Below are positions 19,723 to 27,809 of a DNA stretch of 64,000 nucleotides, piece after piece. Position numbers and translations under genes: made by a program. Source of the DNA: a virus; IMG/VR virus record IMGVR_UViG_3300044766_000192, positions 16,420 to 80,419 of that record; one strand, given 5' to 3'. How positions within the stretch are numbered: the first letter of the stretch is position 1; each line of letters begins with the position of its first letter. The notes under the pieces are model-generated. The model was given only the letters and a program-made list of their open reading frames with translations. It was not told the origin of the DNA and did no database searches.

Positions 19723-20311
19723 CGCCTGGCCCCAAGTCTTCGGGCTCATGCCGACGATACCGAGCCGCGCAGACTTCGTCACGCGTGCAACGCGGTTCTG
19801 GGCGGCACAAGACTACGAGGGCAAGATGCAGCTCGTGATCGAGGCGTCGAGCGAAACCATCCCAGCCAAACTCGACAGGATGATTGCCGAGCGCGCCGAC
19901 GTCGAAGGCGCGATCTTCTTTCGATGGGACGACGATGACTATCACGGACCATCGCGCGTGCGCCGCCAAATCGCGGCGCTACTCGCCGATCCAATTGCAG
20001 AGGTTTGCGGCTTGCGGCCGGCGCTCTACTACCATCGAGCGCAAGCCAAGGTCCTGAGCTTCGTCACGCGATCATTCGACGCAACGATCGCATTTCGTCG
20101 CGCGTACTGGGCTCGCGGGCCGCGAGATGCCGAGCCCTGGCAAAGACTCGCGCGCCAACCAAAGGACACGATCGTAACGATTGACGGCGCGCTCGACTAC
20201 GTCTGGGTTCGACACGGAATGAACTACTCACCCGATCCAGAGACGAACGATGCACGCTGGCGACCAACGACGGTCACCGCAGATGAGATCGAGCGCTTGC
20301 TAGCTAGCTAG
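19715..20311 (+). CDS. Glycosyltransferase family 2-like
   Basis: GLMPT..R, AQDY, RWDDDDYHGPSRVRRQI, VRHGMN. Confidence 0.75.
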   Translation: MVSAWPQVFGLMPTIPSRADFVTRATRFWAAQDYEGKMQLVIEASSETIPAKLDRMIAERADVEGAIFFRWDDDDYHGPSRVRRQIAALLADPIAEVCGLRPALYYHRAQAKVLSFVTRSFDATIAFRRAYWARGPRDAEPWQRLARQPKDTIVTIDGALDYVWVRHGMNYSPDPETNDARWRPTTVTADEIERLLAS

Positions 20312-20600
20312 CCAGCCTTGCGTGTGTATTTGATCGCAAGCCGCTCGCACTTCGGGCACTGCCTTGGCTTCAAGACGTAGACGTCAGCAACCGTTCCTGA
20401 TGGGAGCTTGATCGCCCCAACAACAATCTCGATCGTCTCCCATGTGTGCCCGGCCGCGCATGTTGCAACACGCGGCATCAAGCACGCTCCGCGGGTTCGA
20501 TCTCGTCGTGCGCCATCGTCAATACGGGAACGCCCAAGTAGATCCAAACGAGAAACAGCGCCAACATGATCGAAGCCTACAGCATCGATCCGACAATGCG

Positions 20601-21029
20601 CTATGTCGTGCCGATTGCGCCGAGATCGATGATGTCGAGGTACGCCACGCTAGAGCTGGCGTTGATCGTCGCCTCGACCGTTGGCTTGCCGTTGACGTCG
20701 ACGTTCGCATCGACCCAGACATCATCGGATCCCGAGCGTGGCGTCGTGATCATCTTCGCGCGCGGTGCGTTCTTGTTGCCGACGCTGGCGCCCGAGTTGT
20801 CTGCGCACAGGATGTCGCGAGCTTGATCCTGCGTGAGCGGCGTGCCGGCCGGTATGGTTCCGATACCGTCATCCTTTGCACGAGCAATCTCTCGAAGCTC
20901 TCCGGCGAGGGCATCGGTCTGGAGCTGGGCGTTCGAGATCGTTACCGTGCCGCCTCCCTCCCCGTCCGATGTGATGAGGTAGCGGAGATGATCGTGGCCC
21001 TGGAAAACGAGTTGCGCGCTGATGCCCAT
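20601..21029 (-). CDS. Putative structural protein, paralog 3 of triplet
   Basis: QGHDHLRYLI...AGELREIARA..DGIG..LTQ..AR.IL..D..GASVGNK.APRA. Confidence 0.8.
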   Translation of the reverse strand: MGISAQLVFQGHDHLRYLITSDGEGGGTVTISNAQLQTDALAGELREIARAKDDGIGTIPAGTPLTQDQARDILCADNSGASVGNKNAPRAKMITTPRSGSDDVWVDANVDVNGKPTVEATINASSSVAYLDIIDLGAIGTT

Positions 21030-21066
21030 AGTGATCTCCTTGTCTCCTTGAACGCTTGCGAGGTGC

Positions 21067-21501
21067 TTACGCGCCGATCCCGCCGATGAATTCTACGTCG
21101 ACGTAGCCGATCTCGCCGCCGGTTGCCGCGCCTTTGTTGACGACGATCGTCGGATTGCCACCACCGTCGACGTTTGCATCGACGTCCCAATCGCCGGCAC
21201 CGCGGCCCGTGACGATCAACGCAGCTCTTGGAGCCTTGTTGTTGCCGGCATTGGCGCCGAAATCATCGGCGCAGAGAATCGCGCGCGAATCGGCTTGCGT
21301 GAGCGGCGTGGCCGGCGGGAACAGCCCGAGCCCGTCGATCGCCGCGCGAACGATGGCGCGAAGCGGTCCGGCTTGCACGGCAGCGAGGAGCTGCGCGTTG
21401 CTGATGATCGTTTGCGCACCCCCCAAACCGGACCCGCATACGATCTTGAAACGGAGGTTGTTGTGCCCGGCGAACGCGAGTGAGGCGACTCCTGCGGTCA
21501 T
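21067..21501 (-). CDS. Putative structural protein, paralog 2 of triplet
   Basis: AGHNNLRFKI...AGPLRAIVRA..DGLG..LTQ...APRA...DANVD. Confidence 0.8.
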   Translation of the reverse strand: MTAGVASLAFAGHNNLRFKIVCGSGLGGAQTIISNAQLLAAVQAGPLRAIVRAAIDGLGLFPPATPLTQADSRAILCADDFGANAGNNKAPRAALIVTGRGAGDWDVDANVDGGGNPTIVVNKGAATGGEIGYVDVEFIGGIGA

Positions 21502-21503
21502 GA

Positions 21504-21944
21504 CTACGCTCCAATCCCGTCGATGAAGTCGACGTCGAGGTAAGTGACACCATCTTCGGTGCCGGTGATGATGATCTCCGGGTTGGCGCTGCCGTCGACA
21601 TTGACGTCAACCGAGAACCCGGCCGCGCTGCGCGGCGCGAGCTGAAGTCGCGCACGTGGAGCCTGACGACTACCGACGCTGGCGCCGGTATCGTCGGCGA
21701 CGAGGATGTCGCGGCACTCGGCCTGCGTTAGCGCAAGCGGTGCGACCGTTCCGATGCCGTCGACACCTGCACGAGCGATCTCGTGGATCGGTCCGGCGAG
21801 CGCATCGGTCTGAAGATCCGGCGTCGCGCCGCCCGTACTCGGGATGGTCACGGTACCACCGGGGGCTGTTCGACCGCCCTCCGTCGTGATCTTGTAGCGC
21901 AAGTTGTTGTGGCCCTGATAGACGAGCACGGCGGTAGTGGGCAT
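21504..21944 (-). CDS. Putative structural protein, paralog 1 of triplet
   Basis: QGHNNLRYKI...AGPIHEIARA..DGIG..LTQ...APRA; SD AAGGAG. Confidence 0.8.
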   Translation of the reverse strand: MPTTAVLVYQGHNNLRYKITTEGGRTAPGGTVTIPSTGGATPDLQTDALAGPIHEIARAGVDGIGTVAPLALTQAECRDILVADDTGASVGSRQAPRARLQLAPRSAAGFSVDVNVDGSANPEIIITGTEDGVTYLDVDFIDGIGA

Positions 21945-22024
21945 AGATTCAGGTTCTCCTTACGCGTTCTTCGCTTGGAGAATACGTTGAAAACCCAAGC
22001 CACGTCAAATGCTTCGACTGGCGT

Positions 22025-22774
22025 TCACTTGTGGATGTTGTTGCGCGTCCAATCGATCGCGGCTTTGCCGCCACCCGCAACGATGACCGCTGTGATGTCA
22101 GCGGGCCCGGGCCCCATCGGGCTCGACGTCGGGTAGCCCTTGAGCAAACCGCCGTCGGGATCTCCGCAGTACTGCCATCCCCACGGCGTCGGCATCGCCG
22201 CCGGATTCTGAAGCCTCCAGCCGATACGCTGATAAATCGTCGACGGGAGATCAGCTGCATAGTGAGCGACTTCGAGCAAGCCGCAGCCCATCGTCGCCTT
22301 CACGCCGCGCTCAGCAAGGTAGATGTTGCCGTAGAGCATTATCGATCGGCCAGTGACCGCACGGATCCTCGCGGCGAACGTCGAGACCGAGTCGATGATC
22401 TGTTGTGCGCTCGCGTTGGGCGGATTCTCCGCGCTCTCGACGTCGATCATCAATTGCAGATCCCCGGGGCCTTCACCGCCAGCCTCGGCGAGTAGCTGAA
22501 GCAGCTTGTTCGCCTGTAACAGCGGATCTTGATCGACGCGATGATAGTGATACGCCTGGCGGAAGAAATCGATGCCGTAGCGGGCTCCGGCAAGAATTCG
22601 TGCCGGCAGCCAGTGCTTGAGGAACCATTCTTTCTCGGACTGCCGCGGGTAGTACGTCCCCTCGGTGGCCTTCATCGAGATGCCGTGCCAGGGCGGGCCA
22701 GCGGCGACGAGCTTCGCGATGTCCACGACGGGCGACTTGGCATACACGTCGACGATCAGGGGATCTACGACCAT
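22025..22774 (-). CDS. GH25 muramidase (endolysin)
   Basis: MKATEG, AYHYH, MIDVE, AHY, WQY. Confidence 0.8.
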   Translation of the reverse strand: MVVDPLIVDVYAKSPVVDIAKLVAAGPPWHGISMKATEGTYYPRQSEKEWFLKHWLPARILAGARYGIDFFRQAYHYHRVDQDPLLQANKLLQLLAEAGGEGPGDLQLMIDVESAENPPNASAQQIIDSVSTFAARIRAVTGRSIMLYGNIYLAERGVKATMGCGLLEVAHYAADLPSTIYQRIGWRLQNPAAMPTPWGWQYCGDPDGGLLKGYPTSSPMGPGPADITAVIVAGGGKAAIDWTRNNIHK

Positions 22775-22812
22775 GCTTCCATCCTAACACCGGCTCGCGC
22801 TATAACGCCGCC

Positions 22813-23265
22813 ATGAAAATCGCAGCTCCGATCACCTTGTTCACCCTCATACTTCTGCTCTGCTTCGCCGCCGTTGCGGTCCCATCCTGCGGGAGCATCG
22901 ACTGCAAAGATCCGAAGAACGGCAGCAACGCCAAGTGCGCCATCGAGAACGCAGTCATCGACTGCACGACGAAGACCGCGCAAGACTTCGTCGCGCAGCA
23001 CGTCGGCGACGTCTCCAAGTTCTTTGGGCCCAACGGAATCGACTGGGCTGCAATCGAGCAAGCGCTCGTTAATCTCGTTCTACCCGAAGCGATCTGCGTG
23101 CTCGAAACGGCGTGGGATAGCTACTTTGCGACGATCGCCCCAACACCGACGCTCGCAGATGATCGTGCAGCTTCATGGGCACGCCGGCATGCCTCGGCTG
23201 ACAAGGCAAAGAAGGACGCGCTCAGCGGCAAGCTCTGGCCTGGCAAGAAAGCTAGGCTCCGCTAA
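22813..23265 (+). CDS. Secreted/lipoprotein, possible lysis accessory
   Basis: Signal peptide ending VPSC; TATAAC-N6-ATG. Confidence 0.65.
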   Translation: MKIAAPITLFTLILLLCFAAVAVPSCGSIDCKDPKNGSNAKCAIENAVIDCTTKTAQDFVAQHVGDVSKFFGPNGIDWAAIEQALVNLVLPEAICVLETAWDSYFATIAPTPTLADDRAASWARRHASADKAKKDALSGKLWPGKKARLR

Positions 23266-23721
23266 CGAATCAACGAATTCGGCAGCTCTTGCCGTAGCGC
23301 GCTCGTTCATCGTCGAAGAATCGTTGCTCTGGCTTGAGCAAGCGAACGCCGCGCATCGCGTGCTCGGTGAGCTGCAACATGACCTCGGCATCGCGACAAG
23401 CCCCACGATCGAGCGCGCGGCGCAGCCCTTTGATACCGTCTCGAATCGACTGGTAGCACCGCGTCTGCGGCCCGATGTCACGCAGCCCGTGAGACATCGA
23501 CGTCCACATGCGCTCGCGATTCTCTGAGCGTTGCTCGTGAGCCTGACGGATTAGCTTTACGATCTGGTTCGGGCTGACCCGCCTGTGGATGCGCGTGTAG
23601 ATCTGCGCTAGCTTCTTGGCCGGCAGTGGTCGCGCCTCGCCCGCGTTCCACGCTTCAGCCCGGCGCGCGAATTCGACAGGCGACCGCGCCTCGCGCGCGA
23701 TCATCATAGGGATCGAAGCAG

Positions 23722-23985
23722 TCACGCTGGCGGAATGGTAACAGTTAGCGGAACCTTGATCACAGCCGACGGGAGCACCGAAGTGATCGGCACAGCGCGC
23801 TTATGAGCCGTCATGAGGTCCGTGACGCTCGTTGCGGTCTTACCGATGACGTAGGACCCAAAAATGATCTGCGCGAAGCTCATCCACTGATCGGTGGCCA
23901 TCTTGCCGAGAGCCGCCAAGATCGTCGCCGCGATGATGAGCGAGATCGCGAAGATCTCGCGAAATAGATCGGTCGCTACACTCAT
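23722..23985 (-). CDS. Holin-like two-TM protein
   Basis: Two TM helices in 87 aa, near the endolysin. Confidence 0.55.
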   Translation of the reverse strand: MSVATDLFREIFAISLIIAATILAALGKMATDQWMSFAQIIFGSYVIGKTATSVTDLMTAHKRAVPITSVLPSAVIKVPLTVTIPPA

Positions 23986-23997
23986 GTCGCGAGCGTA

Positions 23998-24648
23998 TCA
24001 CAGCTCGGGCGGCGGCAGTACGAGGCGCTCGGGCTCGGCTAGAACATCAATGACGTCGTCGTCGGCATCATCGTCCATCTCGTCGGTGCCGTCTGACTCG
24101 GGCAGGAAGCCCGAGCGATCGACGCGCCCGAGCACACGGCTATCTGATGCGCCGGCCACGACTGCGAGCCCGGCAAGGCCCGCGATCGTCACGCCACTCG
24201 CGATTAGCCGTTTCTTGGTGAACACGCGCTTGGCAAATGCGATCGGATCTTCGGGCTGAGGTTGAGTCAGCGGCGGCGGCGAGCGCACGGCGTTCGAATC
24301 GCGCGCGAGAATCTGATCGATGTAGCCCGTGAGCATGTCCGCGTGCTGAGCGATCCCGATGATCGTCTGCTCGGCTGGCGCGTAGATTAACGCGCCCAGA
24401 TCGCGCAGCACGCCCGGATAGCCCTGTGCGATACGCGCGACGATCATCTGCAAGCCGAGCGCGACCGACGGTCCGATGATGCCGTCGATGACGATCGCCG
24501 TTTTGGGCGGCCCGGGAATCTGCGGGAGCAGCCGACTGAGCTGGAGCTGCAAAACTTTGTACGTGCTCACGACTTCAGGCGTGAGCGCCGTGCAGAGCAC
24601 GATCCCAGATCGCAACTCGCAGGCAAAATCTTGATCGCGCGTGAACAT
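23998..24648 (-). CDS. Membrane protein with peptidoglycan-binding-like motif
   Basis: LQLQL...IDGIIGP; TM; acidic tail. Confidence 0.6.
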   Translation of the reverse strand: MFTRDQDFACELRSGIVLCTALTPEVVSTYKVLQLQLSRLLPQIPGPPKTAIVIDGIIGPSVALGLQMIVARIAQGYPGVLRDLGALIYAPAEQTIIGIAQHADMLTGYIDQILARDSNAVRSPPPLTQPQPEDPIAFAKRVFTKKRLIASGVTIAGLAGLAVVAGASDSRVLGRVDRSGFLPESDGTDEMDDDADDDVIDVLAEPERLVLPPPEL

Positions 24649-24653
24649 CAATT

Positions 24654-25196
24654 TTAGCGCCAACTGGCGACAGCTGTACGCTGGTGCTTCTTTACGTGCG
24701 ATGCAATGGCTGCGATTACGCCGACGACGAGAACCACGCCGCCCGCGTAGGGCGCCCACGATGGGAGCCCGAGCCCGAGAAAGCTCGTGGCCTTGTCAAT
24801 CTTTGCCTTCGTAGCAGCCAAGATGATCCCGCGGGTTGCCGGGGGTTTCTTCGCAACTATGATCGTCGTCGGTGGTGGCGGCTGAACGGCCCCGAATCCG
24901 AGGGTATCAGCCGCCTGGCTGAGATTCGCCAGAAGCGCGGCGGCGTTCGCCGTCACATCTGCTGGGGTGTTGATCGCGCCCCAAAGCGTGGTGGCGTCTG
25001 CGCTGAGCTGCAACATCGCCGGATTCGGGCAGTTGTCGAATGAGGGGCATCCGGCCTGCACGATGTCGAGCGCCATGATCGCGCCGGCATAGGTATCAGG
25101 GCCGATGACGTCGTCGACGCCGATTCGGTCGAAGCCGATCATGGAGTCACCAGAGAAACGGTTGATCGCGTTCTGTAGATCAGCGGCTACGCCCAT
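24654..25196 (-). CDS. Tail-anchored protein with peptidoglycan-binding-like motif
   Basis: LQNAIN...VDDVIGPDT; PSW-TM-KKH. Confidence 0.65.
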   Translation of the reverse strand: MGVAADLQNAINRFSGDSMIGFDRIGVDDVIGPDTYAGAIMALDIVQAGCPSFDNCPNPAMLQLSADATTLWGAINTPADVTANAAALLANLSQAADTLGFGAVQPPPPTTIIVAKKPPATRGIILAATKAKIDKATSFLGLGLPSWAPYAGGVVLVVGVIAAIASHVKKHQRTAVASWR

Positions 25197-25243
25197 GCCC
25201 TGAAACTATCACAGAGACTCAGGCTTGCGGTAACCTACGGGAG

Positions 25244-25918
25244 ATGACCTTCTCTCAGCGAGTCGAGGACTGGCGCCTGATCGCAGAGGCGTTTGCTGCT
25301 GACGCCCCAACTGATTTCTTGCTCGACTGGATAGCCAAGGAATCAGGTGGCAATCGCTGCAACCTGACGACGAGTGCAGGGTTCCCGGAGGTCGGCCTGC
25401 TCCAGCTCGATCCCGGGAACATGGCTCGTGCCGGCACCGACCAAGCTACACTACGCTCTGGCTGCTACGGTCAAACCGACAACGGCACGGCAGACGATCA
25501 GATTACTGCAATGTCAACCGGCGTCGACTACGTGAACGCGTTGAAGGCACTCGCGCATCAGAAGCTCAGCAGTGTCGGCGTCGACTGGGACGAGAGCACC
25601 GCCGACTTCTGGTCACTCGTTCGTTTGCTGCACGCAGCTGGTGAGAGCGCCGCCGACTCGTGGCTTGGGATCGCCGTCGCCAATCTTGGACGAGGCCCTC
25701 AGAGCTGGGACGAATTCATCGCGAATGGTTGCTGCGATGGACGCGGCCAAAACTACTTCAGCCACTGGACCGGCGTTGCCGCCGAGAACGGTACGTGGGG
25801 CGCGGGCTATATGAAGCCGTCTTCAGCGGCCGAAGCGATTTTCATGACGATTTTGGGGCTCGGGCTCGGGGCGCTCGCGGGGCGCTGGGCCGCGAAGCGC
25901 TATCTGCACTCGGTGTGA
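25244..25918 (+). CDS. Lytic transglycosylase (SLT) with C-terminal TM, probable virion entry enzyme
   Basis: IAKESGG, GLLQL; TM followed by RWAAKR. Confidence 0.8.
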   Translation: MTFSQRVEDWRLIAEAFAADAPTDFLLDWIAKESGGNRCNLTTSAGFPEVGLLQLDPGNMARAGTDQATLRSGCYGQTDNGTADDQITAMSTGVDYVNALKALAHQKLSSVGVDWDESTADFWSLVRLLHAAGESAADSWLGIAVANLGRGPQSWDEFIANGCCDGRGQNYFSHWTGVAAENGTWGAGYMKPSSAAEAIFMTILGLGLGALAGRWAAKRYLHSV

Positions 25919-25930
25919 TAGGCTTGGGCC

Positions 25931-26035
25931 ATGAGCACCTCGCCCCTACCCAAACCACCACCGCCCGTCAAGCAACCGCTCCAGCCGATTCGATCAGGCA
26001 AGCAGGGCTGTTGCACGCGGCCGATCAAACGTTGA
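25931..26035 (+). CDS. 34-aa Pro-rich basic microprotein (not in ORF track)
   Basis: TGA-TAGGCT-N6-ATG; MSTSPLPKPPPPVKQPLQPIRSGKQGCCTRPIKR*. Confidence 0.55.
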   Translation: MSTSPLPKPPPPVKQPLQPIRSGKQGCCTRPIKR

Positions 26036-26045
26036 TACTCAGCGC

Positions 26046-26231
26046 ATGGCAAAGCGAAAGAAGCGTCGGAAGGGTACGAAGCGGGCTCGCCGTGGTGGTG
26101 GAGGCTCGCAGCGCGCGAAGTTCAAGAGTGCAGCAGCCACATGCCGCCGAAAAGTCGGAGAGAGCGGTGCTGTCGCCTTCTCGCCGAAGTCGTGGAGCAT
26201 GTTCGGCAAGTGCATGAAGTCCGAGCTGTAG
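26046..26231 (+). CDS. Basic microprotein
   Basis: MAKRKKRRKGTKRARR... Confidence 0.7.
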   Translation: MAKRKKRRKGTKRARRGGGGSQRAKFKSAAATCRRKVGESGAVAFSPKSWSMFGKCMKSEL

Positions 26232-26514
26232 CAGTTCGCTAGAAATCTTCGACGTCGACATTCGGATCGGTGGGCTCATCCTCGGGCTCACCGAACGATT
26301 CGACGCTCGCGCGTTCTAGTGCCTCAGCTTCGATCTTGAGCAGCTCGCCAGTATCGCGCTCGTTGGGGGTAAAGCAGATCGGGCATAGGTGCTCGTCGAG
26401 CTGATGATCGCGGCTCGCAAACGCGCCCGAGATCGGCTTGCCGCACGCAGTCTTCGTGCCCTGGCGGCGATGCCAGAGCCCGTCAGGGCCGATCTTGATC
26501 TGATAGTTCACGAA

Positions 26515-27126
26515 TCAGCATCGAGCTGCGAGGAGCGTGATCAACGTCGAAATGATCGCGACGATCGAGCTGACAATCGCTGCGAACTTGAGTTTGAGCT
26601 TGCGCTGCGCCTTACGCTCGTCGCTCGTATCGCGGATCTCGCTGATCGCCTTTTCCTTGCCGACGTCAATCTCGCTGATCGCGCGCTCCTTACCGACGTC
26701 GACTTGAGCCGCGAACGTCACGCGCTGGTGGTGTTCGAGTGTCTTGACGAGCGTCGGGAGGATGTCGAGCTTGCCGTTCACCTCAGCGACGGCTTCACGC
26801 ATGTCGCCGACGTGGCCGCTCAACGCTTTTACGTCACCTTTGACGTCGGCGACGTTACCTTTGACCTCCGCAATATCGGTCTTCAATTCCGTGCGAACAG
26901 CGGCGATCTGCCCGCTAGTTTCCCTGCGCAGATCTTCGATGATGACCAACGTCGTGCTCGCGGTCTGCTTGATACCTCGTGCGCGAGCATCGAGATCTTC
27001 GTTGGACACCGTTCCGGGCGGCGCCGGCTTTGGGGTCAGGTCGTCATCCCACGAATCCGCGGCTGACTGCGCGCGTACGCTGGCCGGTGGGGTCTTCTCG
27101 GTACGTACATCTCGCTTGTCGGCCAT
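26515..27126 (-). CDS. Coiled-coil protein with C-terminal TM
   Basis: Heptads (VKGNVADVKGDV), repeat DVGKE(R/K)AISEI, TM; TAGAAT-N6-ATG. Confidence 0.7.
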   Translation of the reverse strand: MADKRDVRTEKTPPASVRAQSAADSWDDDLTPKPAPPGTVSNEDLDARARGIKQTASTTLVIIEDLRRETSGQIAAVRTELKTDIAEVKGNVADVKGDVKALSGHVGDMREAVAEVNGKLDILPTLVKTLEHHQRVTFAAQVDVGKERAISEIDVGKEKAISEIRDTSDERKAQRKLKLKFAAIVSSIVAIISTLITLLAARC

Positions 27127-27366
27127 TCGCCGATTCTAGCGCAAGTCAGCTGAGGGCTGTGATGCGGCATTGCGGGCACGGCATTCGCTTGACCCCATGA
27201 TGAACATCAGCTCGATTTTGTACGAAGACGGCGTCGGGCACCTGAAGTACAGGCGCGCTCGTCGCGTCGTAGTTTTTGCCGCAGTAGGTACCGATCTCAA
27301 TATGGAGCCGCACGCGGCCCGTTGATCGAATCACGTGGAGTGCACCGTCTCGATCGATTGCAGCAA

Positions 27367-27732
27367 TCATGTTTGGGCTCCGTGGGCCATCATCAAAATC
27401 CACTGAATCTGATTGTTCGCGAGCGAGCCTTCAGCTTTGAACGAGCCGATGCCGCGCGATAGCACGAGCGTCGTCGGCGTCGCCGTGACGCCATACTTGT
27501 CGGCGAATGCCTGCACGTCGACGTTCGGGCTTGCTGCGTCATAAACCAAAACCGGGATCGCTCCTTGCGGGATCGGTTGGCCTTCCACGTAGACGACAAA
27601 CGGGAAGCCCTGTTGCCGGAGCGCTTCGACCTCGACGAGAAACCGCGGCAGATAGCTTTCACACGCCGGACACTCGCCCATCGCGAAGATCGCGATCACC
27701 ACGTGCTGACCGTTCAGCTCGATTTGACTCAC
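27367..27732 (-). CDS. Thioredoxin-fold protein
   Basis: CPAC active site, YGVTATPT cis-Pro loop. Confidence 0.8.
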   Translation of the reverse strand: MSQIELNGQHVVIAIFAMGECPACESYLPRFLVEVEALRQQGFPFVVYVEGQPIPQGAIPVLVYDAASPNVDVQAFADKYGVTATPTTLVLSRGIGSFKAEGSLANNQIQWILMMAHGAQT

Positions 27733-27809
27733 GCTCCATGATCTAGCAGATTGCTCTGACAGCTAGCAGCACGGGGTGTCGGAGAGTTGTGATAGGAGCA
27801 TTCAAGCCG

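Noticed and set aside
20601-21944. Diversity-generating retroelement template/variable repeats in the paralog triplet
   Set aside because: Divergence is not adenine-specific and no reverse transcriptase is present in the window
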